Assembly: GCA_038087875.1 (NCBI GenBank)
Contig: CM076000.1
Coordinates: forward strand, 2,232,001-2,296,000
DNA: 64,000 nt
Direction: 5' to 3'
Source: Malacoraja senta
Lineage: Eukaryota
A program made the translations under genes and the position numbers. The notes below the pieces were generated by a model, which was given only the letters and a program-made list of their open reading frames with translations, was not told where the DNA came from and made no database searches. Of the stretch, positions 1 to 13,589 are shown piece after piece; within the stretch, counting starts at the first letter, position 1; every line of letters begins with the position of its first letter.

Positions 1-280
1 GCCATAGCCTCAGAATAAAAGGACATACCTTTAGAAAGAGATGAGGAGCGATTAATTGCCACAGATTGCCACTGTGTAATTAATTGCCACAGATTGCTTT
101 GGAGGCCAAATCAAGATATTTTAAAGGTGGATATGGACAGATTCTGGATTAGTAAGGGAGTCAGGGATAATGGGGAGAAGGCTAGAGATTGAGAGGGAAA
201 GATAGATGAGCCATAATTGGAAGGTAGAGTAGACTTGATGGGCCAAATGGCTCTATTTTGTTCCTAGAACATGAACTTAT
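1..280 (+). mobile_element. CR1 LINE 3' fragment
   Basis: Decayed ORF2 C-terminus (HSLRIKG..FRK-like) and CR1 3' UTR; the same subfamily recurs at 30255-30600. Confidence 0.75.
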
Positions 281-628
281 GTCTCTTGAGTATTGCAGAT
301 ATGATATAAGTAAGTTGCCTCTTGTGCGTAGGGAGTGGCTGAGAGAGTGGGATAAATGTAGAACTAGTGGGAACGGGTGATCGATGGTCGTTGTGGACTC
401 AGTGGGCAGAAGGGCCTGTTTCCGTGCTGTATCTCCAAACTAAAAACTAAAACATGCAGGTGGATGCATTTTTTTTGGTCTTGGCATCATGTTTGGCGCA
501 GCCACTGAGGTCCGAGGAACCTGTCCCTCTGCTGTACTGCTCTATGTTCTTCCAGTCCAGAACTGGAACCCTGAACTGGCACTGCCCATTCCAACTGCTC
601 CGTTATCTTAGCTTAGGTTGGCATGAAC

Positions 629-1050
629 TGGCACAGCAGTAGAGTTGCTACCTTACAGCGCCAGGGACCCGGGTTTGAACATAACTGTGGGTGTTCTCAG
701 CACAGAGTTTGTACGTTCTCCCTGTGACTGCGTGGGATTTCTCCGGGTGCTCCGGTTTCCACCAACATTCTATAACTGTTCTATATTACTCTATATTACT
801 GATTTGGATGATCAGCCATGATCATATTGAATGGCGGTGCAGGCTCGAAGGGCCGAATGGCCTACTCCTGCACCTATTTTCTATGTTTCTATGTTTCTAT
901 GTTGCTAAAGACGTGCAGGTTTGTAGGTTAATTGGCTTCTGTAAATTGTCCCTAGTGTATAGAATAGAGCTACTATACGGGTGATCACTGATCGGTCCAG
1001 ACTCAATGGGCCGAAAGGACTGTTTCCACATTGTATCTCAAAACTAAACT
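629..1050 (+). mobile_element. tRNA-derived HE1/V-SINE-like SINE with a short CR1 3'-tail insertion at ~773-903
   Basis: Head GGCACAGCAGTAGAGTTGC..CCGGGTTTGA, core GGGTGCTCCGGTTTCC, tail GGGCCGAAAGGACTGTTTCC..AAACTAAAC; the insert ends in (TTTCTATG)n. Confidence 0.8.
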
Positions 1051-2246
1051 TATCATTCTCACTGGCCAGTCTGACCAAATTAGGCGGACAGAGTGGATCG
1101 AGACAAACAAAGAGTTTAGTCTCATGGCTGGTATTTGTAGCTCTAAATCACATTGGAGTTCAGTCCTTAAATAGCAATAGTGAAGGGTAAACAGGAGGGT
1201 ATTTGTTTTCATTCTTTATGACGTGAATGTAACTTTTATTTATTATTTGATGACATTTGTTATTTGAAAAACATTGCTTCAAGAATCCAATTACAAGATG
1301 TAAGCGTAGCCCCGTGAGAGATGGATTATCGCTTAGAATCATAGTCATAGAGTCATACAATGTGGAATCAGGCCCTTTGGCCCAACTTGCCCACACCAAC
1401 CAACATGTCCCATCTGAACTAGTCCCACTTGCCTGTGTTTGGCCCATATCCCTCTAAACCTGTCCTATCCATGTACCTGTCTAATTGCTTCTTAAATGTT
1501 GCGATTGTCCCTGCCTCAGCTACCTCCTCCGGCAGCTCGTTCCTTACACCCACCACCCTTTGTGTGAAAAGGTTGCCCCTCAGGCGCTTATGAAACTCTT
1601 CCACCTTAAACCTATGCCCTCTGGTTCTCGAATCCCCCACTCTGGTCATCCCGATTCTGTTCCTCTCATGATTCCTCTTTGTTTCCTCCAGAAATTATAC
1701 ACCTCTATAAGATCAAATATGGAAATCTCACAATTCTCTTGCATTAAACAAACCGGTGGAGGGATGCAACAGGTCAAGCTGCATCTATGGAGGCAAATGG
1801 ATGGTCAATGTTTCAAGCCAAGACCTTGAAGCAGACTGAGTGTGCAGAGGAAAGATAGACTGTATATCTATCTGTGGAGGGGAAAGATTTAGTAGGAACT
1901 TGAGGGATGACTTTTTAACACAGAGGATGTTGGGTATATGGAACGAGCTGTCAGAGGAGATAGTTGAGGCTGGTACTATAACAGCATTTAAAGGACAGGT
2001 GGACAGAAGGGCTTGTTTCCGTGCTGTATCTCTAAACTAAACACAAAAACATTCAGGTGGATGAGATTTTTTTGTCTTGGTATCATGTTTGGCACAGACA
2101 CTGAGGCCCGAAGGACGTGTTCCTCTGCTGTACTGCTCTATGTTCTTCCAGTCCAGAATTGGAACCCTGAACTGGCACTGCCCATTCCAACTGCTCCATG
2201 TTATCTTGGGCTAGGTTGGCATGAACTATGTAGGGATAATACTCAG

Positions 2247-2540
2247 GGTGACACAATGGCACAGCTGTAGAGTCGCCTTACAGCACCAGAGATCCAGGTT
2301 TGATCCTGAACTTGGGTGCTGTCCATGTGAAGTTTGCATGTTCTCCCTATGACCATGTGGAATTTCTCCGGGTACTCTGGTTTCCTCCCAAATTCTAAAG
2401 ATGTGTAGGTTGGTAGGTTAATTGGCTTCTGTAAATTGTCCTTAGTGTGTAGGATAAAACTAGTGTATGGGTGGTTGATGGTCGGCGCAGACTTGGTGGG
2501 CCGAGGGGCCTGTTTTCATGCAGTATCTCCAAACTAAAAA
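2247..2540 (+). mobile_element. HE1/V-SINE-like SINE
   Basis: Same head, core and tail as the other copies. Confidence 0.8.
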
Positions 2541-2784
2541 GATTTCTGTGGTGTGCGGAGCTGAGAATCCAGCTGGCACTGGCAATATGTAGAAGGGTCT
2601 CGACCCAAAATGTCACCTATCCATATTCTCCAGCGATGCTGCCTAACCCGCTGAGTTACTCCAGAACTTTGTTTCCTCCAGAAATTCAGAAGCAAATAGT
2701 CCTCCTCATCCACAATTATTGAACAATCATTTTACCTTTGGCACTTCCCCGTTTGGAAATGTTTTTATTTTGTTACTCATTTGT

Positions 2785-3415
2785 TCTGTCGTGGACCAAC
2801 CACATTGAAGTGACAGCCAGGAAGGCACACCAATGTCTTTACTTCCTCAGGGGACTGAAGAAATGCAACATATCTTCAATGACTTACAAACAGATACACC
2901 ATAGGAAGCTTCCTGTCAGGCTGTCTCACAGTTTGCTTTGGGAACAGCTCTGCCCAAAACTCTAAGAAATTACAGTGAGTTGTAGATGAGGTCCAGTCCA
3001 TCACACACACCAGAATCCCCATCATTGACTCTATCTACACTTCACGCTACTTAGAAAAGCAATCGACATAATCAAAGACTTGTCTTTCTCCGTGTTCCTG
3101 TCCAGCAGAAGGTACAGAGGTTTGAAAGCGCGCCACCAGACTCAGGACCCCTTCTGTTATAAGGCTTCTGAACAGTTGTTCCATAAGCTAGGGTACCATC
3201 TGATTCACCTCTACCCCATTGCGGACATTGGACTTTGTCTATGGAACTGATGCACAACAATGCTGAGAACTAAATTCTGCACTCTGTATCTTCCCTTTTG
3301 CTCTGCCTATTGTACTTAAGTTGACTTGACTGTATTTATGTATGATATATCTGTTTGGATAGCATGTAAAACAAAGTTTTTCACTGTACCTCCGTGCATG
3401 TAATAATAATAAACC
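2785..3415 (+). mobile_element. Rex1/Babar non-LTR retrotransposon 3' fragment
   Basis: Translation LSWTNHIEVTARKAHQCLYFLRGLKK (Rex1 RT C-terminal region); 3' UTR TTTTCACTGTACCTC..AATAAA. Confidence 0.8.
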
Positions 3416-4369
3416 TTCTTGTTCAAATGGGACTGCTTCCAAACAGTAATCAGCTGGAAGAGCTTTCTTTCAGCTTCCTTCTCCCCCCACCTTCAAACAG
3501 TCTGAAGAAGGGACACAAAGTGTTGGAGTAACTCAGCAGGTCAGGCAGCGTCCCTGGAGAGCATGGACGGGTGACATTTTGGACCAAGACCCTTCTTCAG
3601 ACTGATTCTGTCTGAAGAAGGGCCTCAACCCGAAATGTAACCTCTCCATGTTCTCCAGGGATGCTGCCTGACCCGCTGAGTTTGTGTCCTCTGTGTTTGT
3701 GTTTGTGTCCTGACCCACTCTGTGTCATTTTCTGTAAACCAGCATCTGCAGTTCCTTGTTTCTACTCTCAGTCGATTGCAGTTCACAGCTGCATTCCCAC
3801 ATCTATGGTACATTTTCATTTGCCAGGACAAATTTTAATTAATGAAAAACAGATTCTTGGATGACTTATTTATTTAGGACACTTTCCATTTGCCTCTTTG
3901 ACCTGTGTTTGAAGCTTGCTCACATTAACGGTGACAAAAGTCCCCTTGCTCTCCACAGGGTCTAAGTTTGGCCAAGTGTTGGTGTGGCTCTCAGATTCAC
4001 ATCTACAGAACAAACTGTTCGATGGTTTGGAACTGGATGCTACAAGCTGGCAGTTTCATTCAAAGAAATCGTGGGTTGGACAGAAAGACAAACAATTATT
4101 TTCTGATTGCTATTTTAAAATTTGGGAGCGGTATTGCAGGTGAATATACAGCGTTGACACAAGGAAAGCAGCAGCTGCTTCTGTGGTGGTTTACAAGGAG
4201 ACCTTCTGAACATCGTGGACCTCTCAGTTCTCACATAAAAGTAACAGCACATTCACCACATGTAAACAGCTTCCAGATTTTCTTAAACAAACCTCAAACA
4301 ACAATTAAGCACAACAGACCCTTCGGCCCACATTGATTGTGCCGTACATGATTTTTTAAAAACTTTACT

Positions 4370-4670
4370 TTCGACCTTAAAGATGCAGCACGGAAACAGG
4401 CCCTTCAGCCCACCGAGTCCACGCTGACCAGCGATCATCCCATACACTAGCACTATCCTAGACACTAGGGAGAATGTACAATTTTTTATCAAAGCAAATC
4501 AACCTACCAACCTGTACATCTTCGGAGTGTGGGAGGAAACCAGATCACCTGGGGAAAACCCATGCGGTCACAGGGAGAACGTTCAAACTCCGTACAGACA
4601 ACACCCGTAGTCAGGATCGAACCTGGGACTCTGGCACTATAAGGCAACAACTCCACTGCTGTGCCAATAT
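4370..4670 (-). mobile_element. HE1/V-SINE-like SINE
   Basis: Reverse complement of the SINE consensus seen in this window. Confidence 0.8.
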
Positions 4671-5949
4671 GCCAAGACAAAACTCTAATCTGCCTGCATG
4701 TGATCCATATCTCTCCATTGCCTATCCAAAAACATTTTAAACACTACTCTTGAATCTGCCTCCACCACCACCCCTGGCAATGTGTTCCAGGCACCCACCA
4801 CAATCTGTGTAAAAAACTTGTCCTGTACATCAATTTTGAATGATTCCCCTCACACACAGAAGAACATACAACTTAGAACAGTAGAGCACAGGAACAGGCC
4901 CTTCAGCCCACAATGTTTGTGCTGAACATGATGCCAAGACAAATTCTTAACTACCTGCACATAATCCATATCCCATCATTGCCTGTATATCCATGTGCCA
5001 ACCCAAAAGCCTCCTAAACACCACCATCGTAAAGCTAAGCCCTTTAGTAGTTGATATTTCCATCCTGTGGAAAAATGATCTATTATGTACTCTTCTGATG
5101 GACAGACACTATATTTTTGATAATCTTGAATCAATCTTGTCCAGTTTAAGGAGATGCAGATCTATTAGCAGTTGAACACAATAATTACCTTCCTGCATTT
5201 CTAAAATGCAAGGCAAATTAATTGACATTTTTAGGATATTAAATAAAAGTACTGCAAGCATGGAAACAACCTAGGTGGTGTATAAAACTGTCTGCGATGT
5301 GAGAGAGTTAACCAATTCAGCAACATGTAACCCTTGTACAGCCCAGGCAATCAAAGGCATCCCATGTCGAAAGCAAACTGGATAAATTGGTGCAAGCACA
5401 GTAATACCATTGTTCATTCTGGAATAAACAAGATTCCAACCTGCTCTTCATATGCCAACAATACTCTGTCAGAAAAGCTTTTAAATGATTCTGGCAGAGG
5501 TTTTAACACACCAGTGCAGTCATATTTCCTGCAATTAACGTATAGTGTGACAAATGATACTACAATTTGCTCACAGATTCTGTGATCCTTTCCTTATTAT
5601 TTAACATTTATCAAGAAACAGCTTTGTTCTTTATAAATTGCTTAATTTGTAAATAAAGTCTTTGGGTTTTACATTACTTCTTGTGCCATCAACCAGATTA
5701 ACAGATAGCCAGCCTGTTATTCTACCTTTCACACTGGACGGGGTGAGTTTGAATGAAATCCAGGAATGGCCAATCTGGTTTCAAGTGGTGTTGGAAAAGG
5801 TGTCCCTGGTAAAATACAAATAATCACAAAGACACTCTATTTTCCAGCCCAGTTCTTTTTGCTTTTAGCCCAAGAGATAGTTTTACAAATATCACACCTC
5901 AGACAATACTCCAATATTTGAGTATTTGCCGCATGACTAATTCTTTATA

Positions 5950-6775
5950 TTCAGTTTAGTTTTGTTTATTGTCACGTGTACCGAGGTACAGTGAAAAGCT
6001 TTTGTTGCTTGCTATCCAGTCAGTGGAACGACAATACATGATTACAATCCAGCCGTCCATAGTGTACAGATACATGCTAAAGGGAGTAATGTTTAGTGCA
6101 AGATAAAATCCAGTAAAGTCTGATCAAAGATAGTCTGAGGGTATCCGGTGAGGAGGATAGTAGCTCAGGACCGCTCTCTAGTTGTTGATAGAGAGTACTG
6201 TTGCACTGTATGTATACATGATTACAATCGAGCCATCCACAGTGTACAGATACATTATAAATGGAATAACTTTTAGTGCAAGATAAAGTCCTACTAAAGA
6301 TAATCCGAGAACCAGTCTGAAGAAGGGCCTCGTCCCGAAACATGGCCTATTTCCTTCGCTCCATAGATGCTGCCTCACCCGCTGAGTTTCTCCAGCATTT
6401 TTGTCTACCTAAAGATAATCCGAGGGTCTCCAGTGTTGTAGATAATAGCTCAGGACTGCTCTCTAGTTGCTGATTGGATAGTTCAGTTGCCTGCTAACAG
6501 CTGTGAAGAAACTATCCCTGAATTTGGAGGTGTGCATTTTCACACTTCTGTACCTCTTGCCTGATGGGAGAGGGGTGAAGAGGGAGTGACCGGGGTGATA
6601 CTCATCCTTGATTATGCTGGTGGCCTTGCCGAGGCAGCGTGAAGTGTAAATGAAGTCAATGGAAGGGAGGTTGGTTTGTGTGATGGTCTGGGCTGCGTCC
6701 ACCATTCTCTGCTTCTTGCGGTCTTGGATGGAGCTGTTCCAAAAGCATGCTGTGATGCATCCCAATAATATGCTA
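5950..6775 (-). mobile_element. Rex1/Babar 3' fragment with an internal duplication and a Penelope-derived insert
   Basis: ORF 6463-6765 GCITACFWNSSIQDRKKQRMVDAAQTIT..LPSGKRYRS..FRDSFF; tail GTGACAATAAAC(AAAAC/TAAAC)n. Confidence 0.85.
6310..6408 (+). mobile_element. Penelope-derived terminal-repeat insert with hammerhead-like motif
   Basis: Flanked by direct repeat CTAAAGATAATCCGAG (6294-6309, 6409-6424); contains CTGAAGAAGGG..CCCGAAAC. Confidence 0.7.
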
Positions 6776-7039
6776 ATTTATTCTTAGAAACACAGGACAT
6801 TCTTCAGCTGATATGTCTACGCACATTTCACTCAAAAGTCCAGGTCCATAAATTGGCCATGACCTATTTTAAACACCAACTATTTTAGTTGGTTGGATTC
6901 AGGCAATGTGCACCATGATTAAGAGGCCCATCGTCTGGCTGGAAATTGGGCATTAGATATCAATGACATTGCATTGTCAAGCTGCCAGTGTCTGTTCATA
7001 CAGCATAGGCAGCTGGCCCTATTTACATTGTAAAACTGT

Positions 7040-7342
7040 GGCGACATGGTGGTGAGTGGTAGAGTTGCAGCCTTACAGCGCCAGAGAACAGGGTCAATCC
7101 TGACTACGGGTGCTGTCTGTACAGGGTTTGTATGTTCTCCCCGAGACCACATGGGTTTCCCCTTGGTGTTCCGGTTTCCACCTGCACTCCAAAGACGTGT
7201 AGGTTTGTAGGTTAATTGGCTTTGGTGAAAATTATGAAATTGTAGGAGAGTGTTAGTGTACGGACGATTGCTGGTTGGTACGAGCTCGGTGGGATGAAGG
7301 GCTTGTTTGCGCGCTGTATCTCTGAACTAAACTAAACTAAAC
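7040..7342 (+). mobile_element. HE1/V-SINE-like SINE
   Basis: Full head, core and tail; (CTAAA)n end. Confidence 0.8.
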
Positions 7343-8179
7343 ATGCTCACTGGCCAGTCTATTCCCTTTTTTTAGGAAGCTGTTTGACTATGAAAAATGC
7401 CCCTAATGTTGTGAGATGCCTGGGTACAGCACATTCATCAGTGAAGTTGGTCTTTCTAACATTTCAAGATCTCATCTTAAGATTCTTTCATTCTTTCATT
7501 CATCATTTTATCCTCTCAAGATCTGCTTTCTTGGAGCCCAGTGTTGATGGTTTTTCTAAGCCGCTCTGTCTTTATTTCAATCTATCTAAAAATTAAGAAC
7601 CAACTTTAGACTTTAGAGGATACTGTGCAGAACCAGGCCCTTCTGCCCAACGAGTTCATGCTGACCAGCGATCACCCCGTATACCAGCACTATACAATTT
7701 TACTGTAGCCAATTAATCTACACCATATTTGATACCATAATTTACCCCACGAGATGCAAAGCATACCGTCGGGTTGCATCACCGCTTGGTTTGGGAACAG
7801 CTCTGCCCAAGACCACAAGAAATTGTAGAATTGTGGATGTAGCCCAGTCCATCACACAGACATGACTCCTCACCATTGACTCCATCTACACTTCACGCTG
7901 CCCTGGTAAAGCAGCCGACTTTGGTGTCTATCCTTTGCATGTATATCTAATGAAATTATCTGTTATACAGGATTGTGCCAAGTACTGTACCTGCCTGAAA
8001 TGTGAGAAAAAAGCATTCATGCATCACTCTTATCTCCTATCTATTTTAACTTCCTTCCATTATACTTCTTTCATTCATCATTTTATCCTCTCAAGATCTG
8101 CTTTCTTGAAGTCCAGTGTTGATGTTTTTTCTAAGCTGCTCTGTCTTTATTTCAATCTATCTAAAAATTAAGAACCGCC

Positions 8180-8708
8180 TTTAGACTTTGGACTTCAGAG
8201 GGTAAAGCGCAGAAGTCCTTTGGCCCACCGAGTCCACGTTGAACAGCGATCACCCCATATACTAGCACTATCCTATACATTAGGGACAATTTACAATTTT
8301 ACCATAGCCAATTAATCTACAAAGCTGGAGTAACTCAACATGTGAGGCAGCATCACTGGAGAAAAAGGATGGGTGATGTTTTGGGTCAGAATCCTTCTTC
8401 AGACTCTGAAATGTTCCAGCCTGAAATGTCACCCATACTTTTTCTCCAGAGATGCTGGCTGACTTGCTGAGTTCCTCCAGCACTTTGTGTCTATCTTCGG
8501 TATGAACCAGCATCTGTAGTTCTTTCCTACACAACCTACAAGCCTGTACGACTTTGGAGTGTGGGGGAAACCGGAGCACCCAGAGAAAATACACGTGGTC
8601 ACAGGGAGAACGTAGAGACTCCGCACAGACAGCACCTGTAGTCAGGATTGAACTCGGGTCTCTGGCACTGTAAGGCAGCAACTCCACCACTGCGCCACTG
8701 TACCGCAC
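8180..8708 (-). mobile_element. HE1/V-SINE-like SINE interrupted by a palindromic Penelope-derived insert (~8322-8532)
   Basis: The two SINE parts rejoin at AATTAA(T/C)CTACAA; the insert has inverted arms. Confidence 0.75.
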
Positions 8709-9651
8709 TTAAAATTATTTAGTTTCGGTGGTCGCCTAATATATATATATATTGACTATGGTTCTAGAACCCAAAATCCATCCTAAAACTATAATCCTAG
8801 AATTTAAAATTTGCTGGCCACAAAATAGTAAGATGATGAGCACAATATACAGAGAATCCAATCTTATGCTTTCGAAACAAAAATGCTTTTTTTCTTAACG
8901 TATGTAGGAGATTATTGAAAGAGTTCTTTATTCACATTCTGACATGAGCAGGGATGTCAGCAATCATTACTATCACAATTGAGTGAGCAGACCATGGGAA
9001 ATCCTGCCCTTTCCAGCTAAAGATTCATTTTCCCAAACTCGCAGCTGAGCACTGAAAAGGCTGCAAATAGAGCAAGCACTTTCTAATCACTGATGGTAAT
9101 TTAATTCCGACAGAAAAATCTTATAGTGCCTCTTTATGTGGCAAGTCGCTAATTATTTAATGAATTAAATAAATCAGCAGCACTTCTTTAATAGCTGTTT
9201 TGTGGCAAAACACTGATGAAGAAAAATAATATTATGCAAGTAGGAGATTGTTGGCTGCTCTTGTCACATATTCATTTGAGAAAGAAGAGGTCTTTGTGTT
9301 CTAGTGGGTCCAACAATATTTCATCGACATGCATTTGGGTCACGTTCTACTGGGGTTTAACACCATAACATTGGTGGTGGCAGTGAGACGAACAGAGAGA
9401 AAAAAAAAATCAAGTAAGGGAGATTGGCTTGCTGCTGTTACAAACTAATTTTGAAATTCCACATTAAAAGGGATCTCAACAGCGAGTTGGGTTCAGCGCC
9501 AGATGTGTTTGTGATCACACAATCTTTCAATAAATGTAAAGAGTACGATATTGTCACATTCTGCAGATACAACGTCTATCTTGTGATGTGTTTATATCTA
9601 TGAATATCTAAAACAACCCCACAACCTGGAGGTTGCATGCTCCAACCAGGA

Positions 9652-9975
9652 CAGCACGGCGGCACAGTGGTAGAGTTGCTGCTTTATAGCGCCAGAAACC
9701 CCGGTTCCATCCTGACTGCGGGTGCTGTCTGTACGGACTTTGTACGTTTTTCCCGTGAGCGCATGGGTTTTCCCCGGGACCTCCAGTTTCCTTCCACACT
9801 CCAAGTACGCAAAGGTTTGTAGGTTAATTGGCTTTGTTAAATAAGATTGTAAATTGTCTCTAGTGTGTAGGATAGGGCTAGTGTACGGGGTGATTGCTGG
9901 TCGGCGTGGACTCGGTGGGCCGAAGGGCTTGTTTCCACGCTGTATCTCTAAACTAAACTAAACTAAATTAAACCA
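9652..9975 (+). mobile_element. HE1/V-SINE-like SINE, full length
   Basis: A-box-like TGGTAGAGTTG, B-box-like GGTTCCATCC, core, and CR1-like tail with (CTAAA)n. Confidence 0.85.
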
Positions 9976-10404
9976 AATACCACTTCAGTTCAGAGTCTGT
10001 AAACTGGAATGTAAATCTCAAAATAAAAATATACTGCAACTAACGATGACACAGTTTATTACCAATGATCGGGCATGCCTGTGTTGACGCCTGGGTCTCA
10101 GCATGACATGGGGTTGAAAAGATTACAGTAAAAACTCCCCATAACACAGAACAGTATACTACAATGTGTACCAAATATCACTGTTTTGATAGTTTAAGGG
10201 AAGGGTTAACTAGTTTACAGTAAGGAGGTTAATGGGTCCATTAAAACTAAGTACAAAACTCTGCTGCAAGAATGTGCCAAATATTTCCACACCATTGTTG
10301 GCTGCAGCAATTTTGTGCCTGATGTAATTTTAAGTAACATTGATCTGAGGTCTGATAGTACAATAAGCCGATGTTAACTTGTGAAAGGTAATGCCGCACA
10401 GTAG

Positions 10405-10760
10405 ATTAGTTTAGTTGAGATTAGTTTAGTCTAGTTTAGTTTAGTTTAGTCGTTTAGATTAGCGATAAAGTGTGGAAACAGGCTCAAAGGCCCATCGAGT
10501 CCATGCAGACCAATGATCACCTATACATTAGCTCTATGCTATACACGAGGGACAATTTACAGAAGCCAATTAACCTACAAACCTGCACGTCTTTGGGATG
10601 TGGGAGAAAACCGGTGCACCTGCAGAAAACCCACACGGTCACAAGGAAAACCCACACGGTCACAAACTTCGTACTGACAGCACCCATAGTCAGGATTGAA
10701 CTCGGGTCTCAAGCACTGTAAGGCAGCAACTCAACTGCTGCTTCACTGTGCTGCCCCTCT
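10405..10760 (-). mobile_element. HE1/V-SINE-like SINE
   Basis: Consensus match with an extended (TTAGT)n tail. Confidence 0.8.
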
Positions 10761-10799
10761 GCCTTAATGTGAGAGCAGCAAAGTTTAAAGGAGATTTGG

Positions 10800-11363
10800 C
10801 AATAGACAATAAGTGCAGGAGTAGGCCATTCGGCCCTTCAAGCCAGCACCGCCATTCAATGTGATCATGGCTGATGATCCCCAATCAGTACCCCATTCCT
10901 GCCTTCTCCCCATATCCCCTGACTCCGCTATCTTTAAGAGCCCTATCAAGCTCTCTCTTGAAAGTATCCAGAGAACCGGCCTCCACTGCCCTCCGAGGCA
11001 GAGAATTCCACAGACTCACAACTCTCTGTGAGAAAAAGTGTTTCCTCATCTCCGTTCTAAATGGCTTACCCTTTATTCTTAAACTGTGGGCCCTGGTTCT
11101 GGACTCCCCCAACATCGGGAACATGTTTCCTGCCTCTAAAATGTCCAAACCCTTAATAATCTTATATGTTTCAATATAATCCCCTCTCGTCCTTCTAAAC
11201 TCCAGAGTATACAAGCCCAGTCGCTCCATTCTCTTAGCATATGACAGTCACGCCTTCCCGGGAATTAACCTTGTAAACCTAAGCTGCACTCCCTCAATAG
11301 CAAGAATGCCCTTCCTCAAATTAGGGGACCAAAACTGCACACAATACTCCAGGTGTGGTCTCA
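10800..11363 (-). mobile_element. CR1 LINE 3' fragment inserted in an older + strand CR1 3' fragment (~10765-11610)
   Basis: ORF 10885-11229 ERLGLYTLEFRR..RAHSLRIKGKPFRTEMRKHFFSQRVV; 3' UTR with CTATTGT-type tail. Confidence 0.9.
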
Positions 11364-12529
11364 CTTTTTACACTGAGGGTGGTGGGTGCCTGGAACATGC
11401 TGCTGGGGGTGGTGATGGAGACAGATACAATAGTGGCATTTAAGAGCCTTTTGGATGGGCACATGGACATGCAGGGAATGGAAAGATATTGATTCTACAG
11501 GTAGATAAGCGTTGGTCTCGGCATCATGTTCGGTACAGGCATTGTGGGCTGAAGGGTCTGTTGCTGTTCCGAACTTCCATGTTCCGTTTTCCATGTATTA
11601 TGTTCTAAGAAAGTGTAAATATCATTATATTCATGTTCAAAGAGCATCATCATACAAGGTCAATGACTGATTCAAATTAATTCAAATATTTTCTGATGAA
11701 ACATATGGAAGAAGTGTCTCTGATATTAACAAACTAAAACGATGAGAAAAGGATACTCAACTGAAAATTTGATGAAATCAGATCACACTTTTCTCTTTCA
11801 TAAGAAACTCTGACAACGAGAGGAATAGAAATATTGGCAGAAAGGAGGATTAATAACTGATAACAAAATCATATGTTGAAGCAGTCTGTTTAATGCAGTT
11901 TCTTATTACTATTAACTATAATTGATCTGTAGATCAGGTTGTACATAATACTTCAGTACTTTAGCCAAACAATGGGCATACGCTGTACAAAAGCAAAAGA
12001 TCCATATCAGAAGCAAACATTGGAGGACCCGGCGTGGGGGAACTGCCGTGAGGGGGGGGGAGAACAAAGGAGCTGGCGGTGGGTACTTTGAAACTTTGTC
12101 AGCGGTGTTTATGTGGTGACTATTTGCATACCTCGGAGCAAAGAATTTCACTATGCCTAGCCACATGTGACAATAAAGTATTCCATTCTAGTCCATTAAC
12201 CAAACCCAGTTTACATCGCATTTATGTAGGAAATTGATGAAAGTGAGAAAGTTAGCTCACCAAGTGTCAGTAAAAAGTCACACCATTAATAAGTTTCTGA
12301 TTCAGAAGGATCTTTAAAGCAGGACAGATTGAAATCAGTAGCAGGGAATTTGGAGCTGTTATACTGCGGTAGAAAGCAGCTGCAGTAGTCTTGGACAGCA
12401 TGGTAGGTGTAAGGGACCCTGAATGTGAATCAGACAGTACCCTAGTTTATGGAAGGACCATTCAGAAGCCTGATAACAGAGGGGATGAAACTGTTCCTGT
12501 GTCTGCCAGTGCGCGCCTACAAGCTTCTT

Positions 12530-13005
12530 TAGTTTACAGATACAGTGTGGAGACAGGCCCTTCGGCCCACTCAGTCCGTGCCGACCAGCAATCAACCCAT
12601 ACCCTAGCACTATCCTACACATTAGGGACAATTTACAATTTTACAAGCCTGTACGTCTTTGGAGTGTGGGAGGAAACCGGAGCACCCAGAGAAAACCCAT
12701 GCAGTTACTGGGAGAACATACCAACTCCATACAGACAACACCCGTAGTCAGGATCGAACCCCGGTGTCTGGTGTGCAGGGAAGTAGCACAACCACTGCGC
12801 TACTGTTCCACCCAATTAGAAAGAACAATTCTCAGGATTTTCAGAGACCTTCCTTCGTCATTTGGGAGGTAATTTGGGAGAAAAGCCACACGGTCACAGG
12901 GAGAACGTACAAACTCCAAACAGCCAGCACCCGTCGTCAAGATCTAACCTGCGTCTCTGGTGCTGTAAGGTAGCAACACTACTGCTGCATCACTGTGCCA
13001 CCCTT
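12530..13005 (-). mobile_element. Two adjacent HE1/V-SINE-like SINE copies (second is head only)
   Basis: Repeated SINE head segments at ~12700-12815 and ~12875-13003. Confidence 0.7.
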
Positions 13006-13049
13006 TTTTTAAAATAAGGAATGGAGTCAAGGTGAAGAATTGGTGGCAT

Positions 13050-13525
13050 GTACTTAAGACTTTACTTTCCGTACCTTCTGCCCAACCGGAGTGGCGAGAA
13101 GAAGGAATGACCAGGGTGGGCCAAGTCCTTGATTATGTTAGCTGGTTTCCGAGGCAGCGTGGAGTGTAGATAGAGTCAATGGTGGGAAGCCTGGTCGGTG
13201 TCATGGACTGGGCTATATCTACAACTCTCTGCAATATCTTGCAGTCTTGGTCAGAGCTGTTACCAAACCAAACTGTGATGCAACCCGATAGTATGCTTTC
13301 TATGGTGCATCTGAAGAAAATTGCAAGAGTCATTGAAGACCAGCCAAATCTCCTCAGTCTCCTCAGGAAGTAGAGGCGATGGTATGTCTTCTTGGCTGTC
13401 GTATTGAAATGGTTGGTCCACGACAAATCATTGGTAATATTAATGCCAAGGAACTAGAAGCTCTCCATCATTTCTACTCGGCACCATTGAAGCTGATTGG
13501 GGCATGTACTCCATCATGATTCCTC
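13050..13525 (-). mobile_element. Rex1/Babar RT C-terminal fragment
   Basis: ORF 13133-13426 SWTNHFNTTAKKTYHRLYFLRRLRRFG..IESILSGCITVWFGN. Confidence 0.85.
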
Positions 13526-13589
13526 AGGAGTGTTTTATTGTCATATGTCCCAAACAGAACAATGAAACTCTGACGTGCAGCAGCACAAC

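Noticed and set aside
9652..9730. tRNA-like A/B boxes
   Set aside because: These are SINE heads repeated throughout the window, not tRNA genes.
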